From assembly GCA_965153285.1 (NCBI GenBank), contig OZ229110.1: a stretch of DNA of 64,000 bases, one strand, 5' to 3'. The position numbers were made by a program, and so were the translations under genes. The stretch is from Podarcis tiliguerta. Its lineage: Eukaryota. Under the pieces are notes generated by a model that was not told the DNA's origin, made no database searches, and saw nothing but the letters and a program-made list of their open reading frames with translations. Below, in pieces: positions 25,225 to 38,420 of the stretch. Position 1 is the stretch's first letter, and each line of letters opens with the position of its first letter.

Positions 25225-25860
25225 CTACAGTGAGAGACAGACACAAACATGTATGTATGGAATCATTCTAAACTACACCAAAAAGTGCTAAGCTGGTGTC
25301 CAGTGTCCCATTATCCTGTAAACACAAGCCCAGAGGCCCTGGCACTACGCTAGTTACAAGCTACTTCTTGTAAGAAGTACTTACAAGCTACTTCTGCTAC
25401 ATCAGTTGCGAGGATCCTTTTTTAGCCCGAAGCAACACTCCCTCTTGGGAAACCTTCTGAGGGTCACATGACAATAAAGAGCAAGCCATGCAGAGGAGAG
25501 AGCCATCTCAGCAGCTCACAACATCATACTGTATGTGCCGACAAGTAAGACTCCCAGTGTCCCTTCGCCATCCCACTCCCTCTCTGCTCACCCTGTTCTC
25601 CTCCCTGTTACAGCCTCCTCTACAGAAACAAAAGATAAGCTAGTAGGCAAAGTGGATAATGATGATGATGTTGATAATAATAATAATAGGTATAAAAGCA
25701 TAATGAAACATCAAATAATAACAATCTAAGCCAATATAAAAAGTCAAAATAACTTTAAAACAAACAACTTATGTCAAACAAAGCAACATTAAACAATCCA
25801 TCAGAATCTAATAGTAAACAGTAAAATTAAACACCAGCAAATAATTAAACATGTTCTCAC

Positions 25861-25959
25861 TTTAGCACCTGGCTTGGGATACCCAGCTGCTCCAGTTTCA
25901 CATGCTCCTCCAGGTCACTCAGGTAGTTTGCATAGAAAATCTTCCGTCCAAACTTAAAG
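25861..25959 (-). CDS. ARHGAP1: ARHGAP1 exon
   Basis: ttgcag|...AA|gtgaga; FKFGRKIFYANYLSDLEEHVKLEQLGIPSQVL. Confidence 0.97.
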
Positions 25960-26798
25960 CTGCAAGACAGGTGACAAACCAGTAAGAAAGAAATTAGGGT
26001 ACAGAGTAGCAGCACTAGTACATCTGTGGGTGGCTTGTAGAGGTGAGATTAAGAGGTAAAAATGGTACCGAGAACTGTGAGGCAATGCTTGTGTACCAGT
26101 TGCACCACTCTGCAGTTCCCCAACACATAGGCAGGGATTTGTCCATTACTGAAATACCCCAGCTAAGCCTGACAATGTGCTAAAAGGTACTTCTCTGTTG
26201 GATTTTGCTGACAATACAAGTTATGTCCTTTGTTATTTCCTCCTCATTCTCTGGCAGAGGCCAGGAAATATCTGAAGCAAGTCTGGGCTACTAGCCAACT
26301 AAAGGACAACAATGCAAGCAGGGGCCTGCATGTCAGGGTCAGTCACTCAGCAGAAGTCAGAAACAAAGTTTATCAAACCTAATTCTTCAGTTAGACAGAA
26401 AGAGGAAGCAACAAGCTCCAGTGAAGTACTAATCTGCAGGACAATTTCCACACTCTCAGATAGAGATCAAGAGTATGCAGGAACATGATACCCACTTTCC
26501 TCTGACCTCATAGGACTATATAATGCAATTCAAGGCACACACTGAAAGCTTTGGACAGAAAATGGAGGGGATCTTGCAACTATGACAGGATATAGCTGAC
26601 ATCAGTGAGAAGCAGCTGTCTAAAAATGATATGGAATATACAAGATGAGCCATCTATGCATATCCTTGCAATGAACAAACACTCTAGGAGCCCCACATTA
26701 TAGAAATTATAGCTTATAGAAATTAGAGCCAATATTTTGTGTACTGACAAGCCACGGAGATGCAAAGTGGGGATCTGAACCTGCAACTGTGAGTCACT

Positions 26799-26807
26799 TT
26801 CTCTCTC

Positions 26808-26847
<40 letters not shown>
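26799..26847. repeat. (CT)n microsatellite within a decayed SINE-like repeat
   Basis: Directly visible. Confidence 0.9.
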
Positions 26848-26850
<3 letters not shown>

Positions 26851-27141
26851 CTAATCTATCTCATAGAGTTGTTACGAGGATAAAACTGTGGGTAACAATG
26901 CATGCTACCCTCACGCTTCATGGAGGAAGGACATGGATAAAAATGTAAAATTAAATGAAAGGTGTTATCAGATGCTGTCATCACAGTAAGTGTTTACAAA
27001 TACACAAGTTACCAGCAACCTACTTAACAAAAAAGTCTCAGGATTCTGATGATAAAACCCCACTTGGCTCCTAAGGAAGCCACTCCTCCTCATACCAAAG
27101 CGAGTTCCACCACAGAGCAAAGTACCTTTGCACTTTCCTAC

Positions 27142-27228
27142 CTGATCAAGGGCTTGAAGAGAATCAGCAGTGTCTTGATGAACATCGTTGGGTGCACAAT
27201 GTACAATGCTTTGATGTTCTTCTTGTAT
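27142..27228 (-). CDS. ARHGAP1: ARHGAP1 exon (BCH domain)
   Basis: tattag|...AG|gtagga; YKKNIKALYIVHPTMFIKTLLILFKPLI. Confidence 0.97.
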
Positions 27229-27331
27229 CTAATAATGAGAGAAAGATGAGAAGCCAAGCCAACCCTTTCACCCAAAAAAGTTCCCGCACAGCAATTTGAC
27301 CCTTGCAAAATCCACAGCCACACACACTTAC

Positions 27332-27463
27332 TTGCGGTCAAATTCCCGGTAGGCATCCCGCAGCCAGCTCAGGGATGGCTTGTTCTCACTGGTCAGGCCA
27401 TGGTGCAAATAGACTAAGGTGTAATCACTCTCAACATACTGGTCCAATGTATACTTCAAATAG
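27332..27463 (-). CDS. ARHGAP1: ARHGAP1 exon (BCH domain)
   Basis: ccgtag|...AA|gtaagt; [43 protein letters not shown]. Confidence 0.97.
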
Positions 27464-27783
27464 CTACGGAGAGATGGACATACCTAAGCTCCAGAGTTTT
27501 TTAAAAATATGTATTTGCTTCTTTGCCTCCTGCAGTCACAGCATAAGGAAAGTAATATAGGTAACACAGGCACAGAGGTAGTGAATATACAGCCAGAGGG
27601 TGGGGTCAGAGTGATGAAGGGCACTCCTAACCAAGTGCTTAAGGAATTTTGACTTATATCTTAGTTGGGGGTTAATTGATACCCAAATTCATGTAGTCAA
27701 AATCATTACAGATTTGAATGATCAGGGGAAAGTCTCAGGTCTAATCTTCACCAAAGCAGGTGGTTCGCTCCAGCAGCACTCAC

Positions 27784-27871
27784 CTCAGCAGTTTCACATG
27801 ATCAAGCTGATAGCTGGGAGGCATCCGGCAGGCACTGAACAGAATTACTTTCCGCCCATACTTGTCGTCAC
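27784..27871 (-). CDS. ARHGAP1: ARHGAP1 exon (BCH domain)
   Basis: cctcag|...AG|gtgagt; [29 protein letters not shown]. Confidence 0.97.
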
Positions 27872-30800
27872 CTGAGGACAAAAAATGCCACACATCACAG
27901 CAGGTTGAAAGACAAAGCATGAAGACACCACAATAGGCAAATAATGGAGCACTGCTTGTGGAGTACTCAACTATTCCAAGGTGATACTAGTGGAAAGTTC
28001 AAAGGCTCTGCTTTGTCAAAAAAGTTAACAATGCAACATGAAACTTCACCAGTATGGAGAGAAGGCTGCATTTTGAGAGGACCCAAGGGTGAGAAGTGGA
28101 ATAGAGCAAGGCATGATGAAAAGAAATTATGAGGGGCACATACTCTTGGATCATGAGCAGACAATTTGAAATGATTCTCAAGCAGGAAATAGCCTAAAAT
28201 ACCCCCAGAGGAGCAGAGTATCCACAGGGTTATTCTAGTAAGCATTGCTGAGGTTTGTGATTCCAAGGTGGAGAGGGGAGGAAAGACAATACTTCCCCCA
28301 CAAACATTCAGAGAAAAGGTCACCGATCCTTTACAAAGTATTGGCCTTGTCCATCATTTCCCCCCAGTGTATCCACAGTTCCATACCACCTGCTGTCCTT
28401 GTAGATAAGGAAAGAACTAGAACACAAACAAAATCAAGGACTGCACAATGACGAATTGGCCTGAAACACTATGGATCAGAAAGCGAATCATCTGTGAGAA
28501 GAAGCCACCAGCAAACTGCAGAAGCACAAGATTTTGTGCTATCAGCCTGGAACAAATACTCTGTAAAATAATCTTTAACTTCTTCCCCAGTCCCAAATGA
28601 GGCAGATGACCTAGTAAGTCTGCTTCAGCAGTGTTACAAACTAGGCCTGGGGGTGATATATAGCTCTTGTCACATGAAAGTCCAATAAATGCCTTAGCAT
28701 GGGTTTTTTCTGGTTATTTCGTGACAGTGAAATTACCACTAATGTGAAATTTATGACAACAGTAAAAGCCTTTGCAATAATCTATGGCTGAGAGCAGTAA
28801 TAATGACTTATCAGTAGAACAACGCATAAACACAGGTCTTGCCTCTCTGTCTACTTACAATGAGCGGAGCTAAAAGCATTTGATAAGTAAGACAAAATTG
28901 TAGAAGGAAGCGGGTCATATTAATGAATGGCCATTAAATGTTCTGGTTGATCATGGACTTCTAACTAGAAGTTACCTCATCAGCAGCTGGTTGCATTTGA
29001 CAATGTTAGCTCTACTCTAATAACATTCATGCTACAATAAATTTTGGTCTGAATCACCCTCTCTCAGGATCAATCTCTTCACGCACACAAACCTGTACCC
29101 ATGAGGAAGAAATTGTGTACCAATGACCATCTCCTATGTGTGCAAAGGTACACATTTCTGCATATGAGGAGGGACTAGATTGTGCCACAAAGCTCTTTGG
29201 GGCTTTCACTATCATAACACTGAAGATGTTAAAAATGTACACCTTCCATGCTGCAAAGTCAGCCACCATCATTTATTACGTTTACCTCACATTTATTACC
29301 ACTACCAGCCCACTTTATACTTAATCCAGGCTCAGAAGGGAATAGAGTTTTGTTTTTTAAAAAGTAAAATAAAATAAGGAAGATGGCCTCAGGATTCTGT
29401 GTGTTCTACATACTCAAAAGAACAAAAAGCATGAAGTCTGTTCAGTACACATACTGGATGGTAAATAAAACTCATTCATGGGTGATAAAGATTTATCTAA
29501 TTTAGAAGGCAACCCTTTGGTCTTCCCTCTACCCTCAACTGTCACTTAGCAGCAACCATTCCATTAAGTTACAAATGAGGGAGATGGAAAGCAGGAGCAT
29601 TCCACAAACTCTAAGGAACTAGCTCCTTTTGGCTCTTCTTCTCCCTGGACCCTTGCTATCCCAGTTGGTCTTCATAATAGCTTTGTAACTTTACAATCTG
29701 GTGCCAGACTTCACATGTTTTCCTCTTCCTTCCTTATCACTTTCTCTTCCTTTCTCTTTCTCTTCTGTGTTTTTAAGAAAGTAAGCAGGGACAGTCTTGT
29801 TTTTATTGATCTCTAGGCTAAGCTGCACTAGTAGCTTTTTTTTTTTAACTAAAAAGCAAGGTAGAAAAGCTTTAAATATAATATACCAACTACAACCCAT
29901 GATCCAAACAAATCAAATGCCTTCATGAGAGGGAAGTAACTAAAAGTCATGGATACATCTTTCAGTGTTTTACTTCACAGAGCAGAGAAAGTAGGAGTGG
30001 TAGTCTCTAGTATGTTGTATATACACAAAAGGAATGACTATCTGCACATCACAGGAACAGAAAGAGTCAATTAAGCTATGTATCTAGTATGCTATTCTAC
30101 CCACCTGAAACCCTAACCATAATAAGAGATTTCCCTTCATCCTGCCTATTTTCCTCTTCTCATTTGACTTCCTTCAACACATAAACAGAGATTATGTAGC
30201 TATAAAACTTACTCCACCCCACCCCCCCAAAAATATGCAAACAGCTGCAGCACAGGAAGTCAAGGACATGCTTAAGGTAGAGGGGGAGCACCAGGTAAAT
30301 GCCATGGGGATGCAAGGATGATATACCATCACATGAACACATGTGAAGCATGTGAAGGTAGAAGACATTGCAGGACAACATGGCACCCACCAGAGACAGA
30401 AAAAAAAGAAGAGCAATGCAGAGGTCACCTGGAACGACCGTACAAAACTACAGCCAGATCACAAGACCAATGTCCAACAGTTTATCCCACGGTTGCCCAA
30501 AAATAGAGTACCTAACCAAGGGACTTCCAAACAGCTTCCCATATATTCAATGGCCACAAACTGTGTACGCACATCCAGTGTACGCACTGGAGTAGATTGC
30601 AGATGCTCCTGGCAGTACATTGAATGGTGCCACAATCTTGTGACCAATGTAGTAAAATGGTGCTCCTATGAGATATTTTGCAGCCTTGCACCCCTTTTTG
30701 ATGAGAACAAAGATAATTCCCGGTACGCATGATGGTGCAATATATCATGAAAAGAAACCCTATTAGGTTGGAAGAAGAAATGCTCCTGCCCAAAGAAATC

Positions 30801-32802
30801 TGAGTGGCAAGACCTGAATGGTAGTATCTGTTGACTCTGCAAACCACAGCTGTTCTATTAAGAAATGGAGAATCTTCCTTTGACAAAGAGGTAGTTTCAG
30901 ACAATGTGAATTTCTGTAATGGGAAATGGGAAAAGAACCTGAATAGATTAATAACTCAGGTGTGGAATTATAGTAGTCACTTTCACCAATGCAACATATT
31001 ATGATAATTAGTCCTGTGCAGATGTTTTTGAGAAATTGATTTTCAAAACTTGGCAGTGTATAAATAGAACACAATGCAAGATCAAACCATATTGACATCT
31101 ACTGCTTTAGAGCAGCATTTTCCAACTGGTGGGTCAGAAAACAACATCAGGCAGATGGGGTATTTCGGATGGAATTCGGATGGAAATACCCCTTTCTCTT
31201 GTAAGTGTCAAGAGAAAGGAACACATATAACTATGGTTCCACTTCAAGGTCTTAAAGTTGGAAAAGACTACAACTTCAGGTCAAACCTAGCTCCTCAGGA
31301 ACCGGACAATTAAAAGCCAGTTTATGGTTACACTTGTCCCACAAGCTTCTGGTTACCTGAAGTAAGCATCCCATATGCAATCTCAAATCAAGTGATAAAG
31401 CCTCTTAATAGTCACTGATTCTTTCTAGCTCATCTCCTGATTGTTCTATTTGTTTTTCATAGACTAAGCAAGGCTTATTTCTATAGGCGTCTACTTCTAG
31501 ACCAAGCTCTAGTCAAGGTAGCATAACATTCCATTAAATGCAAATATGCACTATTCTTGTATGACACAACTAGATAGAGTCCCATCAGTCCATGCAGGGA
31601 GCATTCAGCATATACCCAACAGTAAACAATTATTCAGCCACCTTTGTCCCAAATGGGTTAGCTGTAATTATCATAAAAGCTCCTGCTTAAATCTGAAATA
31701 AAGCCCCTGCTGGTGTTGAACCATAAAAATATTGTATGCATTAGAAATTCCAATGCACAGTTGTGGTGTGTGGCCCTGTTGTTACCAGGTACAGCTGCAA
31801 AGCTAACAATGACAACAACTTCTACAAGACTATCTTCAAATAAACTAAAGCACTTCCATGTTGTGCATTACCTAGAAAAATGCCCAGGCCATTTGAAATT
31901 TGAGCAAAAAGTCCAGTGTGATAAACTTCAGGAAAACTATGAAACAATAACCCATGTGTCAAGTTTCTATGCAAATCAAATGAGAAAAGATATATTTTTT
32001 ATTACCTGATTAATGCCTCAGGTATGGAATTACAGTACTCATCTGCACAAGGCAGCCCATTTAATTAGAAATGTTCTGCTATTGCAGTAAAAAGTGTAAA
32101 ATACCCTAGGTTATAACACAGCACCATTTTATAATTCACACAGACACACACATACACACTGACATTCTCCCCATCTAGGAAAACATGTCCACGTCACATT
32201 GTTGGACGTGCAGCAGTTCTTTTATTCCTCTGAGAATACTCTGGTTAACAACCGCACTTCCCATAGCAGGGATTCTTTCCATCCAGGGGTGGGGGGGAAT
32301 ACATCTAAATTAACCTAAGTGAGTATGGAAACACCAGATTGTTTAAAAAGCCTCAGAGAAGTTCTCAGAATGCAGAATGTGGAGAACTGCATGTTGCAAA
32401 TAACACAGTGAGTTGTCACATCTCTTGATTAAACAGGAAGTCTACGGCTGCTCCTTTTCCTGCACTATCAAGTTGATGACACGGCCCTTAAAGTGATCGG
32501 GGAAATGGCTTGAGACATAACGCGGGCAAAGAAATGAAAGCAATGGTGGTATAGTTAAGAGCCAGCACCTCTTTGTCTAGGGTATTTATATTTCTGAAGG
32601 TATAAAAGCATTATAAAAAATACAAAAGCGGAAACAGTCTTGTCATCATAAACAAGGCTGACAATTTTCAGGGTTTGTGGCAGTTCAAGGTGCTTCCCCT
32701 ACACCACTTCTGTGATCAAAGTGACCTTCATGGAGCTTCTAGATATATGCAGAGATGCCTGAGGAAGCCAAAAGTCAATGGCTACATTTAGAGATGGAGA
32801 AC

Positions 32803-32918
32803 TGGGGCATTTTTCAGCCACAACTCAGTTCCAGCACCTCTCAGGTTACCATTATAAGAGAATGAGGGAGGTGTTCATGATGAGTTCTGGCACCTCTTCT
32901 TCTAGAAAAATAGCACAG
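32803..32918. mobile_element. hAT MITE family B
   Basis: Perfect 8-bp TSD tggagaac; shared body gagttctggcacctct...aaatagcac(t/a)g. Confidence 0.88.
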
Positions 32919-34552
32919 TGGAGAACTGACACTAGTCAGTGTTTCAAAGTAACCATCTACTTGCATCTAAATTGGTGGAGAAATGATTAGCATAGAATCA
33001 GAGACATGATCTGCAGATACAGCAGGCCAGTGACCACTTGCAAGAAGAGATGATGAAGAATGGAAGACCTACTACGGAATAAACAGAGAATGGCAGGCAA
33101 ATGTACTTGCATAGGCTGTTCAGCAAACAATGGGTTCAGCCTACCGCTGGGTCACAGGGGATAAAGAAGGCCAAGTTCTGCCAAAGATTTGTGTCTGAAT
33201 GATGCCATAGTGGGAATAAAGCAACAACAGCTCCATCCTGCATAGATTCCAAATAAGATAAATCACACATCACTGTCATGCAACATCCTGCAAACTCTTA
33301 GCTGCAGAAGAAATCACCCGCAAAAGATTTCCGATTGGGAAAGTTAGCAGTAATGACTGCCTGGGAGACATGTCCTGATGGATAGTACACCCATCACCAT
33401 TCAAGAAAAAAAGAAGGCAGGCTGAAGCATCAAATGAGAACTGCGGCACCCAAAGTGAAGACCGCAAGCTGAAGTCCACACAGAGCTCTGCCAGGGAATT
33501 TCTAAGCCACATATCCAGTTTGGAAAGCTACCAAGATGGCTATACCACCAGCTTAGAGAAGCATGGCTGCAATCTACTTGACATAATGCACATCAAGTAC
33601 AACTTTGAGGTTCTGGGATGCCACCCTCAGCTTTGCAGAATTTGGGCTCCCCTGAGATAACCCAGCCACAGGCCACAGTCATGCTAAAGAATGCCACATT
33701 CTTTAAATGCCAATGACACCAGGTATTCCACCTACCTGGCTGGACCCCATGAAGTGCACCCTGCCCTGGAGGAACAGAAACAAAGTTACATTATACCATA
33801 ATAACCAAAGTCCTTTAACCAGAATAATCTTAAGGACTGAGCTGAAAGGGCTGGACAGAAAAGTTCCAACACACACACAGAGTTGCATACACTCACAACT
33901 ACAACAAACTCAAAAACATGATTACCTAGTTGTTAACTAGATAAATCTAGAAGTTGATTTTTCCCCCTTCTCCCTTTCTAGACTCTGCTACAATCTGGAT
34001 GAACTATTGCTTTTTTATATGTCAGGTTTCCCATACAAGGTATGCATGAAAAGGTAAACAATAGCTTTTTCATACTACCAGACATTTAAACAACAGGATA
34101 TTGCTAACACTGAAAAGTCAGTGAACCCATTTTCAGTTACAAAAATGAATGTTCCCATGTCCATTTCAAGGTACTTAATATTGGTCCTGATATATAGAAA
34201 ATAGAATGCTCTAGGATTTAAGAACTCAGAACCACCACCTGTTCCACTCCTCTTTCACACAAGTTTTGAGACCCAAGAGTAGCCAGTCACAGGGGAGTTT
34301 AAGAAATAACTTCAGTTCCTAACACTTCTGGGATCAAGGACTGCTTCTTGCTCGGCAGAACTAAAAAAACCAAAACAATAATTCAGGAAATCAAATCCCT
34401 CATTACTTAGTCAATACCTCTGAAAAGCCAGCAAACATACACAGGCAGAAGCAGGAAGAGAAGTTCCTGTAGATTACAGGAAAGTAAGCATGCTCCATTT
34501 GAGGCAAAAGGATGTACATCGCCAAAGGACAGCCCTAGGCCAGATCCTAGAG

Positions 34553-34690
34553 CAATGATGCTGAACCTGGGTCCTTCAGATGTTGTTGGGACTACAACTC
34601 CAATCATCCCTGACCATTGGCCATGCTGGCCAGGACTGATGGGTGATGTAGACCAACAACATTTAGAGGGCCACAGGTTCCCTATCCTTT
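34553..34690. mobile_element. Palindromic hAT MITE family A
   Basis: Hairpin body; TSD tcctagag/acctagag. Confidence 0.85.
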
Positions 34691-37089
34691 ACCTAGAGTA
34701 TCCCAAAGTCCCACTACAACACATAGACGCATGCTCAACGGCAGTCTCCCAGTTTTAAAAATGCTGCTGCAAGAACACAGAAAGAAAGCCTTAAGAGGTT
34801 TTCCCCAAATCAATCACTGGAGTACAGCATGATAATTGCTCATCAGACACTGAAATAATTGAATTAAAAAGTACTAACAATAATTCAGCCTAAAGCAGAA
34901 TCAAACAAAGAAAGGAAACCAAAAGATTTACTAATCAATGCTACCCATCACAAGTTATTCCAGCAACTTTCATACTTCTAGACTCCGGAAAACCCCAGAA
35001 TTGTCAAGGCATATCAAGGGCCCCAAGGCCACAGTAATAAAAGATAGGCGTCCCAAAGGTTAAATTCAGAATAGCCTATGGCATGTAATCTGGATGATCA
35101 CTTGGGATAAGGACATGGCATTTCCATTGTCTTTGAAACCAAAGTTACAACACTGCCTAGTATCAGAAATGACCACATTTCCCCAAAGTTCAGGTTGCGT
35201 CTCTGCCTCAGACAACCATCCCTAGTTCAACAAGGAAGTTGCATATCTACCTAGACTAGCCTAATATTTATCTACAGCTACAACTCCCATCATTTGTGAC
35301 CACAGGCATTGTTGGCTGTGGTGGGAGTCCAACAACATCTGAAAGGGCACAAGTTGGAGGATTAAAAACAGCCTCCTGCTTCCATTGTGCAAGCTATCAA
35401 TCAGTAGCAGCAGTGGTTCAGGTTGTCACCTGGAGATAGAAGAAACAAAATCAGCCTTGAAATGCCTTCAAGACGTTGATAGCTGCCAACAGATACAGCA
35501 TCTAGTCAAACTATTTCTTTGCAGTCATTTTGTTTAGTTGTGCTTTTTAATTTTTTTTTGGCAAAAGGTGGACAAATTAACTTTTCCTAATTAGGACAAG
35601 AACTCTGAACAGGGAATTTCAGTAAATGGAGGCTATTAGCAGTATATACAATCCCACACAACCCTTGCCAATGTGCCTCTATTGTAATAAAGAGCCTACA
35701 CATTTATGTGTATTTAAAGCTTTTACTTTCTGAGATGATTCTCTAAATATTGAGTATACTAGTGGTGCTAGAAATGCATCTATGCAATCCACATTTTAAA
35801 GATATATAGCTATTAGTTAAATTCCAGCTTGCTCTTCACTCACACTGCAACTCCACCCACAAGCCTAATTGGCACTGAAAATTCACAGAACCATGTTGAG
35901 AGCTAAGGGAGCCCACAGTGAAGAGATTTTCCCCATCATTCAGTATGTCAGAAGCCAACACAGTGCTAACGCTCTGGGTGATAGATGTTAGAGGAATCTA
36001 AGGCATGTGGTTGCCAGTTAAAAAAATATTAAGTGAAATGAATCTTCAGTAATACATAGTCCTACTGGGGAAAGCACACATCTATACGAACAAAGAAATA
36101 ACTAATGTTATCAATAGTGGAAAAGGATATGTCAGTTGTTAGGGAATTCTTTATTTATCAAAATAAATGAATGTGCAATACTACCAGAGTTGGGCATGAT
36201 GTTAGTGAAGCTCATTCAATTGGCTGAAATCCTGGAATGTCAGCAATAGAGCTATTATTATACATTTGAATACAATGCGTATCAGAAAATATCTTGTTTG
36301 AACTCATCTAGTCACTTAACACTGGGGATCTTTGTTTGATTAAATTGTTTAATGTCAATTCACCATGCCAGGGAATAGAAAGATATCCTCAATGTATCTG
36401 CAATGGGAGGAGAGAACTATCCCATCCTGAGGACTTCTCAGGTCACACACTGAAAATCAAAACTAAATTCAAAAACTGTTAAGATGTGTTTTGTCTCAGA
36501 GGAAATAACCATTCCTTGAACTATCCTGAGCAGCCAGAATGTCTGGAGGAGAGAAACTCCAGAGAATTCAGTAATTTTAGAGCCCAAAACAAACATTGCT
36601 ACCAAGAAGGGAGGAGATGAACTCCACGCAGATGTTAGTAAAATGTAAGTAAAAGCGTAAGTAAAAGCTAAGCACAGCTCCTACTTCTTCCAGATCATTT
36701 GCCATTTCAATTTCTTCCCTTTTCTAACAATCAATTGCTTGCTATAAATTAACCAGTCTTCACTTCTAAATTGCACTGGTTGGCAGTAGCTATCAATGTG
36801 CATAAGGAATAATGGTCTGTATAGCCAAGAGGATGTACTGTTGCAATACCTGGAATAATGGTCTATAGCAAAAGCTGGTGATAAATAAACTCCCAGCATT
36901 TATTCCTGCCTCCAGTTTCTGTACAGCGCTGCCAGCAATCTGCCAGCAATCATTTACACAGCAAATTTCCTCTTTGCAGGAAACCAACTTTGCTAAAATC
37001 AGTAACTGAACTGCAGACAATGTAAGTGAAGCAGCCATACAGGACAACTCAGGAATGTCAGTGAAATGTAAGGAAAAAAGAAAAAAGAA

Positions 37090-38230
37090 AAATACGGAAG
37101 GCAAATGGGTCACATATCAGCAATTAGTAAAAGAAGATCAAGGCCAATTAAGGTTAAGATCTTGTGAAGAACTTGGCCAATATTGTAATACATGGCTACA
37201 ATGTTATCAAATTGATCACCTATTCAGGCAGGATAAGATTATCAGATTTGGCAAAGAAGAATCAAAACTACAAACAGAGTTATTAAAAAATCCTAAAAAG
37301 ATATTATCTAAAATGTATAATCTATTATTAAAAGATGAAGAGGTGAAGGAAGTTATGATTAAGTGGGCCACAGATATAGGCCACATGATTTGTTTAGATA
37401 AATGGGAGAAATTATGGAAATATGATATCAAATTCACAGCCTGTGTCACAATCAGAGAAAATAAAATGAAAATGATATATCAATGGTATTTAACCGTGGT
37501 CAAATTGGCGAAAATTTATAAATCAAAATCTAATTTGTGCTGGAGATATAAAACAGAGACAGGAACCATGTATCATATGTGGTGGGAGTGTGTGTATATT
37601 AAAAAATTTGGAGTGACATTCAAGAGGAACTTAAAAAAATGCTTAAAATATCATGTAAAAAACCCCAGAGGCGTTCCTCTTGGGAATTATATCGACTGAC
37701 ATTCCTGCCACTAGGAAAAAAGTTTTCTTATATGCAACCGCTGCGGCCAGAATGATTATAGCAAAAAATTGGAAGGGAGAAAAAACTCCCTCAATAAGAG
37801 AATGGCAAATAAGATTTTGTGAATATATAGATTCAGCAAGACTTACAGCAGTGGTAAGAGGCCAATCAGACCAAAAACTGATAGAGGAGTGGACTTGCGT
37901 GAAGGAATACATCAAAAAACATTGTTCTGGTATTAATATATCAATATGCAATGAATGAAACTTATAGAGTAAAAAATTAAGAAGAAATGGGTATAAGATG
38001 AGATAGTCAAAAATAATAGTGATAACACAGCGAAAAGAAGAAAAAAAATAAAGGAAGCCACACATAGGTGGAGGGAAGTCAAGATTTATGTTTGTATGTT
38101 TTGTTTGTTTGTTTTCTTTTTTGTAATCTAAATTGAGAGGTGTGTGTATCTATGTATAATAAGTTTGTTTAGCATTCTGTTTTGTGTTCGTAAGTATTGC
38201 ATTTATCAATAAGTTTTTTTAAAAAATAAT
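37090..38230 (+). mobile_element. 5'-truncated L1-clade LINE (ORF2 C-terminus + 3'UTR), antisense to ARHGAP1
   Basis: KMIYQWYLT...CWRYKTETGTMYHMWWEC (CCHC knuckle with a C>Y change), frameshift, then FLLGII...AARMIIAKNWK; GT-rich 3'UTR and A-rich end. Confidence 0.88.
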
Positions 38231-38289
38231 TAAGATTTAACTCTTTCCTTGCAGCTGTGGCACAATTCCACACTCCAAAATGCTCCACA

Positions 38290-38420
38290 GGAGAAGTGGG
38301 GAACCTGTGGCATTCCAGGTGATACTGGACTACATTTCTCATATTCCATTACCATTGGCAATTCTGGTTGGGGCTGGAGTCCAGCAACATAGGGAAGTTC
38401 ACAGGTTGCCCACTGATGCC
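38290..38420. mobile_element. Decayed palindromic hAT MITE family A
   Basis: gtggggaacctgtgg...cacaggttgcccac. Confidence 0.7.

Noticed and set aside
28320-31000. Possible ARHGAP1 micro-exons (~28324-28389, ~29058-29093, ~30813-30835)
   Set aside because: Weak splice sites, and wrong phase or in-frame stops
37055-37958. 214-aa and 92-aa ORFs as a nested gene
   Set aside because: Frameshifted L1 ORF2 remnant with a damaged CCHC motif
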